Source: Candidatus Latescibacterota bacterium
Lineage (GTDB): Bacteria > Latescibacterota > UBA2968 > UBA8231
Reading direction: 5' to 3'
Assembly (NCBI GenBank): GCA_965206595.1
Contig: OZ242214.1
Span: forward strand, 3,904,001 to 3,968,000
Length of the DNA: 64,000 nucleotides
Shown here piece after piece: positions 1 through 15,000 of this stretch. Positions within the stretch are counted from its first letter, which is position 1. Each line of letters opens with the position of its first letter. The translations under genes and the position numbers were made by a program. Under the pieces are notes generated by a model. The model did not search any database and was not told the origin of the DNA. It saw only the letters and a list, made by a program, of their open reading frames with translations.

Positions 1-2
1 AT

Positions 3-3000
3 GAGAGCGTGGCCGAGGATGCCGGCAGCGCGACGTTCACGGTGACGCTGAGCGTGGCCAGCAGCAACGAGGTGATGGTCGAATACCGCACCTCGGATGG
101 CACGGCGGCCGCGGGTTCGGACTATACGGAAACGACGGGGACGCTGACGTTCGAGGCCGGGACCACGACGGCGCAGGAGATTCGCGTGCCGATCACCGAC
201 GACGCGGTCGATGAGGAAGAGGAAGAGACCTTCACCGTGACGCTGCACAGCGCCGCGAGTGCGGATCTGGCCGGCGGCGGGACGACGCTGGCGGCGACCG
301 GGACGATTGTCGATAACGACGACCCGGCGGTGACGGTGGCGTTTGCGACGGGGACCTACACCGCGACCGAGGGCGGTGCCGCGGCGACGGTGCAGGTGCA
401 GCTGAGCGGGGACCCGGAGCGGACGGTGGATATTCCATTGACGCATACGCCGGGCACTGGTGCGACAGCGGCGGACTACTCGGGCGTGCCGGCGAGCGTG
501 ACCTTCGCCAGCGGCGAGACCGAAAAGACCTTCGCGGTGACGGCGACCGACGACGACGTGGATGAGGACGAGGAGACCGTGACGCTGGGCTTCGGGACGC
601 GGCCCGACGGGGTGACGCTGGGCAGCCAGAGCAGTGCGACGGTGACGCTGGCCGACGACGACGCGCGCGGAGTGACGGTGACTCCGACCGCCCTGACGGT
701 GGACGAGGGGGGCGACCAGACCTACACGGTGGTGCTGGACTCAGAGCCGACCGCGGACGTGGCGGTGACGGTGGCGGTTCCGCAGGACACGGACGTGTCG
801 GTGGACAAGACCTCGCTGGCCTTCACGGCCGACAACTGGAACACGGCGCAGACGGTGACGGTCACCGCGGCCGGGGACGAGGATGCGGTGGTGGACGGTA
901 CGGTCACGCTGACGCACACCGTCAGCAGCACGGGCGACTACGCCAGCGAGACCGCCGCGGACGTGGCGGTGACGATCGCGGAGAACGACACGCCGACGTT
1001 GAGCATCGCGGATGAGAGCGTGGCCGAGGATGCCGGCAGCGCGACGTTCACGGTGACGCTGAGCGTGGCCAGCAGCAATGCAGTGACGGTGGACTACGCC
1101 ACCTCGAACGGGACGAGTCCTGAAGCGGCGACCGCAGGCGAGGACTACACGCTGACCAATGGCACGCTGACGTTCGAGGCCGGGACCACGACGGCGCAGG
1201 AGATCCGCGTGGCGATCACCGACGACGCGGTCGACGAGGCGGATGAAGAGACCTTCACCGTGACGCTGAGCAACGCATCCAATGCGACCCTGGCGGGCGG
1301 ACAGCCGACGCTGGCGGCGACCGGGACGATCACCGACGACGACGAGCGCGGGGTGACCGTGACTCCGACCGCCCTGACGGTGGACGAAGGAGGCGACGAG
1401 ACCTACACGGTGGTGCTGGACTCAGAGCCGACCGCGGACGTGGCGGTGACGGTGACCACCGACCTCGCGGGCACGGACGTGTCGGTGGACGAGACGAGTC
1501 TGACCTTCACCGCCGACAACTGGAACGATGAGCAGACGGTGACGGTCCGCGCCACCGAGGACGACGACGCTGTGGTGGACGCGACAGTAACGCTGACCCA
1601 TTCGGTGAGCAGCACGGGCGACTACGCCAGCGAGACCGCCGCGGACGTGGCGGTGACGATCGCGGAGACCGACACGCCGACGCTGTCGATGTCCGGCGTG
1701 CGTGCGGATGAGGACGTCGGCGAGATGGTGTTCGAGGTGACGCTAAGCCTGGCCAGCAGCAACGAGGTGACAGTGGCCTATGCCACCTCGAACGGAACGG
1801 GCGCTGGAGCGGCGACCGCGGGCGAGGACTACACGCTGACCAATGGCACGCTGACGTTCCCTGCGAACAGCACGGCGTCCCGGACGATCGCGGTTCCGAT
1901 CACCGACGACGCGGTGGACGAGGCGGATGAAGAGACCTTCACCGTGACGCTGAGCAACGCATCCAATGCGACCCTGGCGGGCGGACAGCCGACGCTGGCG
2001 GCGACGGGGACCATCACCGATGACGACGCGCGCGGGGTGACCGTGACTCCGACCGCCGTGACGGTGGACGAAGGAGGCGACGAGACCTACACGGTGGTGC
2101 TGGACTCAGAGCCGACCGCGGACGTGGCGGTGACGGTGACGGTTCCGCAGGGCACGGACGTGTCGGTGGACAAGACGAGTCTGACCTTCACCGCGGGCAA
2201 CTGGGACGATGAGCAGACGGTGACGGTCAGTGCGGCCGGGGACGAGGATGCGGTGGTGGATGATGCGGTCACGCTGACGCACACCGTCAGCAGCACGGGC
2301 GACTACGCCAGCGAGACCGCCGCGGACGTGGCGGTGACGATCGTCGAGACCGACACGCCGACGTTGAGCATCGCGGATGAGAGCGTGGCCGAGGATGCCG
2401 GAACTGTGACGTTCACGGTGACGCTGAGCGTGGCCAGCAGCAATGCAGTGACGGTGGACTACGCCACCTCGAACGGAACGGGCGCTGGAGCGGCGACCGC
2501 GGGCGAGGACTACACGCTGACCAATGGCACGCTGACGTTCCCTGCGAACAGCACGGCGTCCCGGACGATCGCGGTTCCGATCACCGACGACGCGGTGGAC
2601 GAGGCGGATGAAGAGACCTTCACGGTGACGCTGAGCAACGCATCCAATGCGACGCTGACGGGCGGACAGCCGACGCTGACGGCGACGGGGACCATCACCG
2701 ACGACGACGGGACGCCGACAGTAACGCTGTCGCTGTCGGAGGGTTCCATCGGTGAGGATGGCGAGACGAGCCGGGTGACGGCAACCTTGAGCGGCGTGTC
2801 GAGCGAGGCGACGACGGTGACGGTGAGCGCGATGGCAGTGTCCCCGGCGGCTGCCGGCGACTTCACGCTGAGCACGAACAAGGTGCTGACGATTACGGAG
2901 GGACAGACTGCGAGCACCGGGGACGTGACGATCACGGCGGTGAACAACGACGTGGACGCAGCCAACAAGACCGTGACGGTGTCGGGCGATGCAAGCAATA

Positions 3001-6000
3001 TCCTGGGCGCGACGGACCCCGCCGATCTGACGCTGACGATCACCGACGACGATGCGCGCGGGGTGACCGTTACACCGACGGCGTTGTCAGTTGGTGAAGG
3101 CGATAGTGAAGAATTTACAGTCGTGCTGACCTCACAGCCGACCGCGGACGTGACCGTGGCGATGACCACGGACCTGGCGGGCACGGACGTGTCGGTGGAC
3201 GAGACGAGTCTGACCTTCACCGCCGACAACTGGGACGATGAGCAGACGGTGACGGTCCGCGCCGCCGGGGACGACGACGCGGTGGTGGATGAGACAGTAA
3301 CGCTGACCCATTCGGTGAGCAGCACGGGCGACTACGCCAGCGAAACCGCCGCGGACGTGGCGGTGACGATCACGGAGACCGACACGCCCACGCTGTCGAT
3401 TGCCAACCGGAGCGTAACCGAGTCTGCCGGGACGATGGTGTTCACCGTGACGCTGAGCGTGGCCAGCAGCAACCAGGTGACAGTGGCCTATGCCACCTCG
3501 AACGGAACGGGCGCTGGAGCGGCGACCGCGGACGAGGACTACACGCTGACCAATGGCACGCTGACGTTCCCTGCCAACAGCACGGCGTCCCGGACGATCG
3601 CGGTTCCGATCACCGACGACGCGGTGGACGAGGCGGATGAAGAGACCTTCACCGTGACGCTGAGCAACGCATCCAATGCGACCCTGGCGGGCGGACAGCC
3701 GACGCTGGCGGCGACCGGGACGATCACCGACGACGACGCGCGCGGAGTGACCGTGACTCCGACCGCCCTGACGGTGGACGAAGGAGGCGACGAGACCTAC
3801 ACGGTGGTGCTGGACTCAGAGCCGACCGCGGACGTGGCGGTGACGGTGACCACCGACCTCGCGGGCACGGACGTGTCGGTGGACGAGACGAGTCTGACCT
3901 TCACCGCCGACAACTGGGACGATGAGCAGACGGTGACGGTCAGTGCGGCCGGGGACGAGGATGCGGTGGTGGATGATGCGGTGACCCTGACCCATTCGGT
4001 GAGCAGCACGGGCGACTACAACGGCGAGACCGCCGCGGACGTGGCGGTGACGATCGCGGAGAACGACACGCCGACGTTGAGCATCGCGGATGAGAGCGTG
4101 GCCGAGGATGCCGGCAGCGCGACGTTCACGGTGACGCTGAGCGTGGCCAGCAGCAATGCAGTGACGGTGGACTACGCCACCTCGAACGGGACGAGTCCTG
4201 AAGCGGCGACCGCAGGCGAGGACTACACGCTGACCAATGGCACGCTGACGTTCGAGGCCGGGACCACGACGGCGCAGGAGATCCGCGTGGCGATCACCGA
4301 CGACGCGGTCGACGAGGCGGATGAAGAGACCTTCACCGTGACGCTGAGCAACGCATCCAATGCGACCCTGGCGGGCGGACAGCCGACGCTGGCGGCGACC
4401 GGGACGATCACCGACGACGACGAGCGCGGGGTGACCGTGACTCCGACCGCCCTGACGGTGGACGAAGGAGGCGACGAGACCTACACGGTGGTGCTGGACT
4501 CAGAGCCGACCGCGGACGTGGCGGTGACGGTGACCACCGACCTCGCGGGCACGGACGTGTCGGTGGACGAGACGAGTCTGACCTTCACCGCCGACAACTG
4601 GAACAATGAGCAGACGGTGACGGTCCGCGCCACCGAGGACGACGACGCTGTGGTGGACGCGACAGTCACGCTGACCCATTCGGTGAGCAGCACGGGCGAC
4701 TACGCCAGCGAGACCGCCGCGGACGTGGCGGTGACGATCGCGGAGAACGACACGCCGACGTTGAGCATCGCGGATGAGAGCGTGGCCGAGGATGCCGGCA
4801 GCGCGACGTTCACGGTGACGCTGAGCGTGGCCAGCAGCAATGCAGTGACGGTGGACTACGCCACCTCGAACGGGACGAGTCCTGAAGCGGCGACCGCAGG
4901 CGAGGACTACACGCTGACCAATGGCACGCTGACGTTTCCTGCCAACAGCACGACACCGAAAACGATCGCGGTTCCGATCACCGACGACGCGGTCGATGAG
5001 GAAGAGGAAGAGACCTTCACGGTGACGCTGAGCAGCGCATCCAATGCGACCCTGGCGGGTGGACAGTCGACGCTGGCGGCGACCGGGACGATCACCGACG
5101 ACGACGAGCGCGGGGTGACCGTGACTCCGACCGCCGTGACGGTGGACGAAGGAGGCGACGAGACCTACACGGTGGTGCTGGACTCAGAGCCGACCGCGGA
5201 CGTGGCGGTGACGGTGACCACCGACCTCGCGGGCACGGACGTGTCGGTGGACGAGACGAGTCTGACCTTCACCGCCGACAACTGGAACAATGAGCAGACG
5301 GTGACGGTCCGCGCCACCGAGGACGACGACGCTGTGGTGGACGCGACAGTCACGCTGACCCATTCGGTGAGCAGCACGGGCGACTACAACGGCGAGACCG
5401 CCGCGGACGTGGCGGTGACGATCGCGGAGACCGACACGCCCACGCTGTCGATTGCCAACCGGAGCGTAACCGAGTCTGCCGGGACGATGGTGTTCACCGT
5501 GACGCTGAGCGTGGCCAGCAGCCAGACCGTGACAGTGGCCTATGCCACCTCGAACGGCACGGGCGCTGGAGCGGCAACCGCTGGCGAGGATTACACGGAA
5601 GCCAATGGCACGCTGACGTTCCCTGCGAACAGCACGGCGTCCCGGACGATCGCGGTTCCGATCACCGACGACGCGGTGGACGAGGCGGATGAAGAGACCT
5701 TCACCGTGACGCTGAGCAACGCATCCAATGCGACCCTGGCGGGTGGACAGTCGACGCTGACGGCGACGGGGACCATCACCGACGACGACGAGCGCGGGGT
5801 GACGGTGACTCCGACCGCCCTGACGGTGGACGAAGGAGGCGACGAGACCTACACGGTGGCGCTGGACTCGGAGCCGACGGCGAGTGTGACGGTGACGGTG
5901 ACCACGGACCTCGCGGACACGGATCTGTCATTGGACAAGACCTCGCTGACCTTCACCGCGGACAACTGGAGTACGGCGCAGACGGTGACGGTCACCGCGG

Positions 6001-9000
6001 CCGGGGACGAGGATGCGGTGGTGGACGCGACAGTCACGCTGACCCATTCGGTGAGCAGCACGGGCGACTACAACGGCGAGACCGCCGCGGACGTGGCGGT
6101 GACGATCGTCGAGACCGACACGCCGACCCTGAGCATCGCGGATGAGAGCGTGGCCGAGGATGCCGGCAGCGCGACGTTCACGGTGACGCTGAGCGTGGCC
6201 AGCAGCAATGCAGTGACGGTGGACTACGCCACCTCGAACGGGACGAGTCCTGAAGCGGCGACCGCAGGCGAGGACTACACGGAGGCCAACGGCACGCTGA
6301 CGTTTCCTGCCAACAGCACGACACCGAAAACGATCGCGGTTCCGATCACCGACGACGCGGTCGATGAGGCGGACGAGACCTTCACCGTGACGCTGAGCAG
6401 CGCATCCAATGCGACCCTGGCCGGGGCCCAGGCGACGCTGGCGGCAACCGGGACGATCACCGATGACGACGCGCGCGGAGTGACCGTGAGTCCGACCGCC
6501 CTGACGGTGGACGAAGGGGGCGACGAGACCTACACGGTGGCGCTGGACTCGGAGCCGACCGCGGACGTGACGGTGACGGTGACGGTTCCGACAGGGACAG
6601 ATGTATCCGTAGATAAAACGAGTCTGACATTCACATCGAGCACCTGGAACACAGCGCAGACGGTGACGGTCAGCGCGGTTGAGGACGCCGACGCGGCCAC
6701 GGATGCGGCCGTGACGATCACCCACACAGTCGGCAGCACGGGCGACTACAACGGCGAGACCGCCGCGGACGTGGCGGTGACGATCGCGGAGACCGGCACC
6801 CCGGCGCCCGCGTTGACGCTGGCGTTCGAAGCGGCGGCCCACAATGACGTGGATGCGTCGGGCGACGTGACGCTGAGCGATGTGCTGACCTACACGGCCA
6901 CGGCGACCAACAGCGGCAACGTGCCGCTGGCGGAGGTGACGGTCAGCGACCTGCTGGTGAACGCCGGCGGAGTGGAATGCGCCTCGCTGGACCTGGGCGG
7001 GGAATGCGAGCTGACCGGCGAGTACACGGTGACGCAGGCGGACGTGGACGCCGGCGAGGTGACCAACACGGCGGCCGCGGTTGCCAGTGGGGTGAGCGAA
7101 CAGACGGCGAGCCGGACGACCGAAGTGGCGCAGGAGAAGGCGTTGACGCTGGCGAAGACGGCGACGACGGGGAGTTTTGGCAGCGTCGGGGACCGGATCG
7201 CCTACAGCTACGAGGCGACCAACAGCGGCACCGTGACCTTGACGGGCGCATTGACGATCGCGGACGACAGGATTCCTGCTTCGGGGATCACCTGCCCCGC
7301 GGTTCCCGCGGCCGGTCTCGGTCCCGGGGCGAGCGTGACCTGCGCCGGTTCCTACACCGTGGTGCAGGCGGACGTGGATGCGTCGCAGGTGACGAACAAG
7401 GCCACGGCGATGCTCGACGGGATGCAATCGAACGAAGCGACGGCCACGGTGCAGCGGCCGCAGGTCGCAGGGGAGGCGCCGACGGTATCGGTGGGGGGGA
7501 TCTCCAGCCCGGAGGATGCGGGCCATCTGGATTTCGCGGTGACGCTGGACAAGGCGAGCGCGCAGACGGCGACGGTGGTGTTCGGGACGACGGATGGGAC
7601 CGCGGTAGCGGGCATCGACTATGCGGATACGACCGGTACGCTGACCTTCGCGCCCGGCACGACGTCGCGGACGGTTACGGTGCGGATCGAAGACGATGAC
7701 GTGGATGAAGAGAATGAGACGTTCACGCTGGTGCTGAGCGATGCGGTGAACGCGAACCTGCCGGCGTTGTCGGGGACGGGGTTGGGTACGATACGGGACG
7801 ACGACACCCGCGGGGTGACGGTCGCGCCGGAGGCGCTGTCGGTGACGGAGAACGGCAGTGCGACCTATACGGTGGCGCTGGACTCGGAGCCGACCGATGA
7901 GGTGACGGTGACCGTTTCGGTTCCGGCGAACTCGGAGTTGTCCGTCGATAAGCCATCCCTGACGTTCACCACCGGGAATTGGAACACGGCGCAGACGATG
8001 ACCGTGAGCGCGGACGACGATGACGATGCGGTGGCAGACGACGTGGTGACGATCGGCCATTCGGCGAGCGGGGGAGACTACAACGGGCAGACGGCCGAGG
8101 TCGAGGTGACCATCGTGGAGGACGATACCCCGACCCTGTCGATTGCCGACCGGAGGGCCGCGGAGTCCGACGGCACGATCGGGTTCTCGGTAACCCTGAG
8201 TATCGAGAGCAGCGAGCAGGTGACGGTCGACTACGTCACGTCGAACGGGACCGGCGCCGGGGCGGCGACCGCGGGTGAGGATTACACGGCCAGAAGTGCG
8301 ACCCTGCACTTCCCGGCCAACAGCACGACGCCGCAGACCATCAGTATCCCGATTACGGACGACTCCGTGGACGAGGAGGAGGAGACCTTCACGGTGACGC
8401 TGAGCAACGCGTCCAACGCGGCGCTAGCGGGTGGACAGGAGACGCTCGAGGCGACCGGGACGATTGCGGACGACGACGAGCGCGGGGTGACGGTCGCGCC
8501 GGAGGCACTGTCGGTGACGGAGAATAGCAGTGCGACCTATACGGTGGCGCTGGACTCGGAGCCTACCGCGGAGGTGACGGTTGGTGTGGCGGTTCCGCCG
8601 AACTCGGAGCTGTCCGTGGACAAGACGACGCTGAGGTTCACGGCGGATAACTGGAACACGGCGCAGCAGATTGAGGTGAGCGCGGCCGACGATGACGACG
8701 CGGTGGCCGATGCGGCGGCGACGGTCGGCCATTCGGCCAGCGGGGGGGACTACAACGGGCAGACGGCCGAGGTCGAGGTGACCATCGTGGAGGACGATAC
8801 CCCGACCCTGTCGATTGCCGACCGGAGCGCCGCGGAGTCCGACGGCACGATGGCGTTCGCGGTGACGCTGAGCGTGGCCAGCAGCAATGAGGTGACGGTG
8901 GCCTATGCCACCTCGAACGGAACGGGCCCTGAAGCGGCGACCGCGGGGGAGGACTACACGGAAGCCAATGGCACGCTCGCCTTCCCGGCCAACAGCACGG

Positions 9001-12000
9001 CGCCGCAGACGATCAGCGTGTCGATAGCGAACGACGCGGTGGACGAGGCGGTCGAGACCTTTGCGGTGACGCTGAGCAATGTGCAGCAGGCGTCGCTGGC
9101 GGGCGGAGGCAGCACCCTTTCGGCGGCCGGCACGATCACCGACGACGACGAGCGCGGGGTGACGGTGTCGGAGACGCAGCTGGATCTCGCGGAAGGCGGC
9201 AGCGGCATCTACACGGTGGTGCTGACCTCGGAGCCGACCGCGGACGTGACGGTGGATGTGACGGTTCCGCAGGGCACGGACGTATCGGTGGACAAGACGA
9301 GTCTGACGTTCACCGCGGACAACTGGGCTACGGCGCAGACGGTGACGGTCCGCGCGGCCGGGGACGCCGACGCGGTGGTGGATGCGGCGGTGACGATTTC
9401 GCACACGGTGAGCAGCCCCGGCGACTACGCCGGCGAGACCGCCTCGAACGTGGAAGTGAGGATCGCGGAGTCCGACACGCCGACGCTGAGCCTCGCGGAT
9501 GAGAGCGTGGCCGAGGATGCCGGGACTGTGACGTTCACCGTGACGCTGAGCGTGGCCAGCAGCAATGAGGTGACGGTGGCCTATGCCACCTCGAACGGAA
9601 CGGGCCCTGGAGCGGCAACCGCGGGCGAGGACTACACGGAGGCCAATGGCGCGCTGACGTTCCCTGCGAACAGCGCGGCGGCGCAGACGATCCGCGTGCC
9701 GATAACGGATGACGATCTGGACGAGGCGGACGAGGAGACCTTCACACTGACGCTGCACAGCGCTGCGCATGCGGATCTGGCCGGCGGCGGGACGACGCTT
9801 GCGGCGGCCGGCACGATCACCGACGACGACGATCCGCCGGCCGCCGGCATTGCGGACGCCGGTGCGTCGGAGGGCGACGGCGGGATCACCTTCACGGTGA
9901 GTCTGGAAACGGCCAGCGCCCGGGTGGTGACGGTGGACTGGGCCACGGCCGCGGACGCCGCCGCAGTCAACCCGGCCACCGCGGATGCGGACTACACCGC
10001 GGCGAACGGCACGCTGACGTTCCCCGCGCAGAGCACGGAGCGGACGATCCGCGTGCTGGTGGTGGACGACGACGCGGTCGAAGAGTCGGAGACCTTCAAG
10101 GTGGAGCTGAGCAACGCCCGGTACGCGACTCTGCAGGCGAGCGCCGCCGCCGCGGTGGGGACGATCGCCGACGACGACGTGGCGCCCCCGCCTGGGGAGG
10201 ATCCGCCCACCCCTGGGGAAGAGCCACCCACCCCTGGGGAAGAGCCGCCCACCCCTGGGGAGGACCCGCCCCCGCCGAAGGAGGACCCGCCCACGCCGGA
10301 GGATCCGCCCGTCACCAGGAATCCGGAGGTGATCGTCTTCTTCGGGGCCGCGGACTACGAGGCCGCGGAAGGCGGCAGCGCCGCGGTGACCGTGCGCCTG
10401 AGCGCCGACCCCGAACGCCGGGTGACGATTCCGCTGACCAGGACCCACGTGGAGGGTGCCGGGGCCGCCGACTATTCGGGAGTGCCGGCCAATGTCGCCT
10501 TTGCCGCCGGCGAGACCTCGCAGGAGTTCGCCGTGACCGCCGTGGACGACGCCGTGGACGACGACGGCGAGGCCGTCGTTCTCGGCTTCGGAGCCTTGCC
10601 GTCCGGGGTCGCAGCGGGGGAGCCGGCCACCGCCGCGGTGGCCTTGGCCGACGACGACGTGCGCGGCGTGACCGTGCGGCCGGAAGCCCTGAACGTGCCG
10701 GAGGGCGGCAGCGGCTCCTACACGGTGGTGCTGGACACGGAGCCGGCCGCTGAAGTGACCGTGTTGGTGGCGGCCCCGTCCGCTTCGGAGCTGTCCCTGG
10801 ACGAGACCTCGCTGACCTTCGCGCCGGCGATCTGGAGCAGGCCGCAGACCGTGACCGTGAGGGCGGCCGAGGACGCCGACGCGATGGCCGACGATCCGGT
10901 GACCTTGATCCACGCGGTCAGGGGCGGCGACTACGAGGGCGTGCCCGCGGCCCCTGTCGAGGTGACGATCATCGAGGACGACGCGCCGACCCTGGCCGTT
11001 GCCGGCGGGACCGCGGCCGAGGGGGAGGGAGCGATCGAGTTCGCCGTCACCCTGAGCCTGGCCAGCAGCAGCGCGGTGACGGTGGAGTACGCGACGTCGG
11101 ACGTCAGCGCCATGGCGGGGGCCGACTACCAGTGGACGGCCGGGATCCTGACCCTGCCGGCCGGAACGACGGAAGCGGCGATCCGCGTGCGGGTCGTCGA
11201 CGACGACATCGACGAGGCGGACGAGACCTTCAGGGTCCTGTTGAGCCATGCGGTGAACGCGGTCGTGGGGGACGGCGAGGCCGCCGGTGAGATCGCCGAC
11301 GACGACCTGCCGGTGGTGGAGATCGCCGCGGCCCGGGCCGCGGTGGAGGAAGGCAGTACCGCGGCCTTCACCCTGACCCGGGCCGGCGACCTGACCGGGC
11401 CGCTGACCGTGCCGGTGCGCGTCGCCGAGCGCGGCGTGTTCCTGTCGGACGGGATCCCGTCCGCGGCGACCTTTGCGGCGGGCGCGGCTACCGCGGCCCT
11501 CGAGGCGGCGACCACGGAGGACGCGGTCGACGAGGCCGACGGTGCCGTGACCGCGGCGATCCTCGGCGCCGCCTCGCACCGGGTGGGCGCCTCGGCCCGC
11601 GCCGTGGTGACGGTTGCCGACAACGACGTGCGCGGGGTCAGGGTTTCGACGACGGCCTTGACTCTGCCCGAGGGCGGGGCCGGCACCTACACGGTGACGC
11701 TGGAAACAGAGCCCACCGGCGAGGTGACGATCCGGATGAAGATGGTATCGGAGGACCTCACGGTGACTCCGCCGGTGCTGTCGTTCTCCCCGATGGCCTG
11801 GGATGCGCCGCAGACGGTGACGGTACGGGCCGCCGAGGACGCCGACGCGGTCCTGGACCCTGCGGTGACGTTGACCCACGCGGTCAGCGGCGGCGACTAC
11901 GGGGACGTGCCCGCGTCTCCCGTCGAGGTGAGGATCCTCGAGGACGACGCCCCGGTCCTGGCCGTGGCCGGCGGGGCCGCCGCGGAAGGGGACGGGGAGA

Positions 12001-15000
12001 TCGAGTTCGCCGTCACCCTGAGCCTGGCCAGCAGCAGCGAGGTGACCGTGGAGTACGCCACCGCGGAGGGCACGGCGAGGGCGGGCGAGGACTTCGAGCC
12101 GGCCACCGGGACCCTGACCTTCCCCGCCGGCGCCACCTCGGCGACGATTCGCGTGCCGGTCCTCGACGACGACGTCGACGAGGCGGACGAGACCTTCACG
12201 GTGCGGTTGAGCCATGCCGTGAACGCGGCCGTGGGCGACGGCGAGGCCGCCGGTGAGATCGCCGACGACGACCTTCCGGTGGTGGAGATCGCCGCGGAGC
12301 CGGCTGCGCTGAAAGAGGGTGGTACCGCGACCTTCACCCTGACCCGGGCCGGCGATCTGAGCGGGCCGCTGAGCGTGCCGGTGGGCGTGACGCAGGAGGG
12401 CGAGTACCTGTCGGGCACGGCGCCTTCTTCGGTGAGATTCGCGGCCGGGGCGGCGACCGCGGCGTTCGCCGTGGCCACCGAGAACGACGATCGCGACGAG
12501 GAGGACGGGGCGGTTGCCGCGGAGATCCTCGGCGCCGCCTCGCACCGGGCGGGCGCCTCGGCCCGCGCCGCGGTGCCGGTGGCCGACGACGACGTGCGCG
12601 GGGTGAGGCTGTCCGCGACCTCCCTGACCGTGGCCGAGGGTGGCCGCGCGACCTATACGGTGGTGCTGACCTCGGAGCCGGACGCGGCGGTGACCGTTGC
12701 GATGGCGGTGCCCTCGGGCACGGATCTGACCGTGGTTCCGTCGGAGTTGACCTTTGCCGCGGCGACCTGGGAGGCGCCTCGGACCGTGACCGTGCGCGCG
12801 GATCAGGATGCCGACGCCGTATCGGACGATCCGGCGGCGATCAGCCATGTGGTCGGCGGCGGCGACTACGAGGGTCTGTCCGCGGCCGGCGTCGAGGTGA
12901 CGATCGCCGAGGACGACGTCCCGGTCCTGGCCGTGGCCGGAGGGGCCGCCACGGAAGGGGACGGGGAGATCGAGTTCGCCGTCACCCTGAGCCTGGCCAG
13001 CAGCAGCGAGGTGACCGTGGAGTACGCCACCGCGGAGGGCACGGCTAGGGCGGGCGAGGACTTCGAGCCGGCCGCCGGGACCCTGACCTTCCCCGCCGGC
13101 GCCACGGCGGCGACGATTCGCGTGCCGGTCGTCGACGACGACGTCGACGAGGCGGCCGAGACCTTCACGGTGCGGTTGAGCCAGGCGGTGAACGCGGCCG
13201 TGGGCGACGGCGAGGCCGCCGGTGAGATCGCCGACGACGACCTGCCGGTGGTGGAGATCGCGGCGGAGCCGGCGGCGCTGAAAGAGGGCGGTACCGCGAC
13301 CTTCACCCTGACCCGGGCCGGCGACCTGGCGGTGCCGCTGAGCGTCCCGGTGCGCGTCGGCGAGCTCGGCGCCTTCCTGTCGGGTACGGCGCCTTCCCCG
13401 GTGGCCTTCGCGGCCGGGGCGGCGACCGCGGCGTTCGCCGTGGCCACCGAGGACGACGCGGTCGACGAGGCCGACGGGGCGGTGATCGCGGAGATCATCG
13501 GCGGGGACGGACACCGGGCCGGCGCGGCCGCCCGGGCCACGGTGGCGGTTGCCGACGACGACGTGCGCGGGGTGCGGATCCTGGAGACCGCCTTGACGAT
13601 CCGGGAGGGCGGCAGCGGCCTTTGTCCGGTGGTCCTCACCTCGGAGCCGACCGCTCCGGTGACGTTCTCCGCGGTCATGCCCGCGGGCGCGGAGATCACC
13701 ATGGCCCCGCCGGCGCTGAGGTTCACCCCGGCCAACTGGAGCCAGGTGCAGGTGGTGACGGTGCGCGCCCTCCACGATGCCGACGCGGTGGCCGACGATC
13801 CGCTGGTCCTGGCGCATACGGTGAAAGGCGGCGACTACGAGGGCCTGGCCGCTCCGGTGGTCACGGTGACGATCACTGAGGACGACGTACCGGGCGTGAC
13901 GATCTCGGAGACGGCCCTGACCCTGGCCGAGGGGGGCAGCGGTACCTACACGGTGGTGCTCGACACGGAGCCGGCTGCCGGGGTCACGGTCGCGGTGGCG
14001 GTGCCCGAGGGCGCGGACCTGACCGTGAGCCCCCAGGCGTTGCGGTTTACCGCCGCGGACTGGAACGAGGCGCAGGCGGTGACGGTGACCGCCTCCCATG
14101 ATGCCGATGCGGTGGCCGACGATGCGGTGACCCTGGCGCATGCAGTGCGCGGCGGCGATTACGAGGGCCTGGCCGCGGACGGCGTCGAGGTTACGATCAC
14201 TGAGGACGACGTACCGGGTGTGAAGGTCTCGGAGACCGCCCTGACCATCGCCGAGGACGACGTACCAGGCGTGAAGGTCTCGGAGACCGCCCTGACGATT
14301 GCCGAAGGGGATGCCGGTACCTACACGGTGGTGCTCGACACGGAGCCGGCCGCCGAGGTCACGGTGGCAGTGGCGGTGCCCGAGGGCGCGGACCTGACCG
14401 TGAGCCCCCAGGCGTTGCGGTTTGCCGCCGCCGACTGGAACGAGGCGCAGACGGTGACGGTGACCGCGGCCCAGGATGCCGACGCGGTCACCGACGATCC
14501 GGTGACCCTGGCGCATGCAGTGCGCGGCGGCGATTACGAGGGCCTGGCCGCGGCCGCGGTCGAGGTGACGATCACCGAGGACGACGTACCGGGCGTGACG
14601 ATCTCGGAGACCGCCCTGACCCTGGCCGAGGGGGATGCCGGTACCTACACGGTGGCGCTGGGCACGGAGCCGGCCGCCGGGGTGACGGTGGCAGTGGCGG
14701 TGCCCGAGGGTGCGGACCTGACGGTGTCGCCGCCGGAGTTGCGGTTTACCGCCGCGGACTGGAACGAGGCGCAGACGGTGACGGTGACCGCGGCCCAGGA
14801 TGCCGACGCGGTCACCGACGATCCGGTGACCCTGGCGCATGCAGTGCGCGGCGGCGACTACGAGGGCCTGGCCGCGGCCCCGGTCGAGGTGACCATCACC
14901 GAGGACGACGTACCGGGTGTGACGATCTCGGAGACCGCCCTGACCCTGGCCGAGGGGGATGCCGGTACCTACACGGTGGCGCTCGACACGGAGCCGGCCG

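Noticed and set aside
660-6790. Regular repeats considered as CRISPR or a DGR-like array
   Set aside because: Units are 684 bp, in frame and coding; no unique spacers, no adenine-specific variation, no cas or reverse transcriptase gene.
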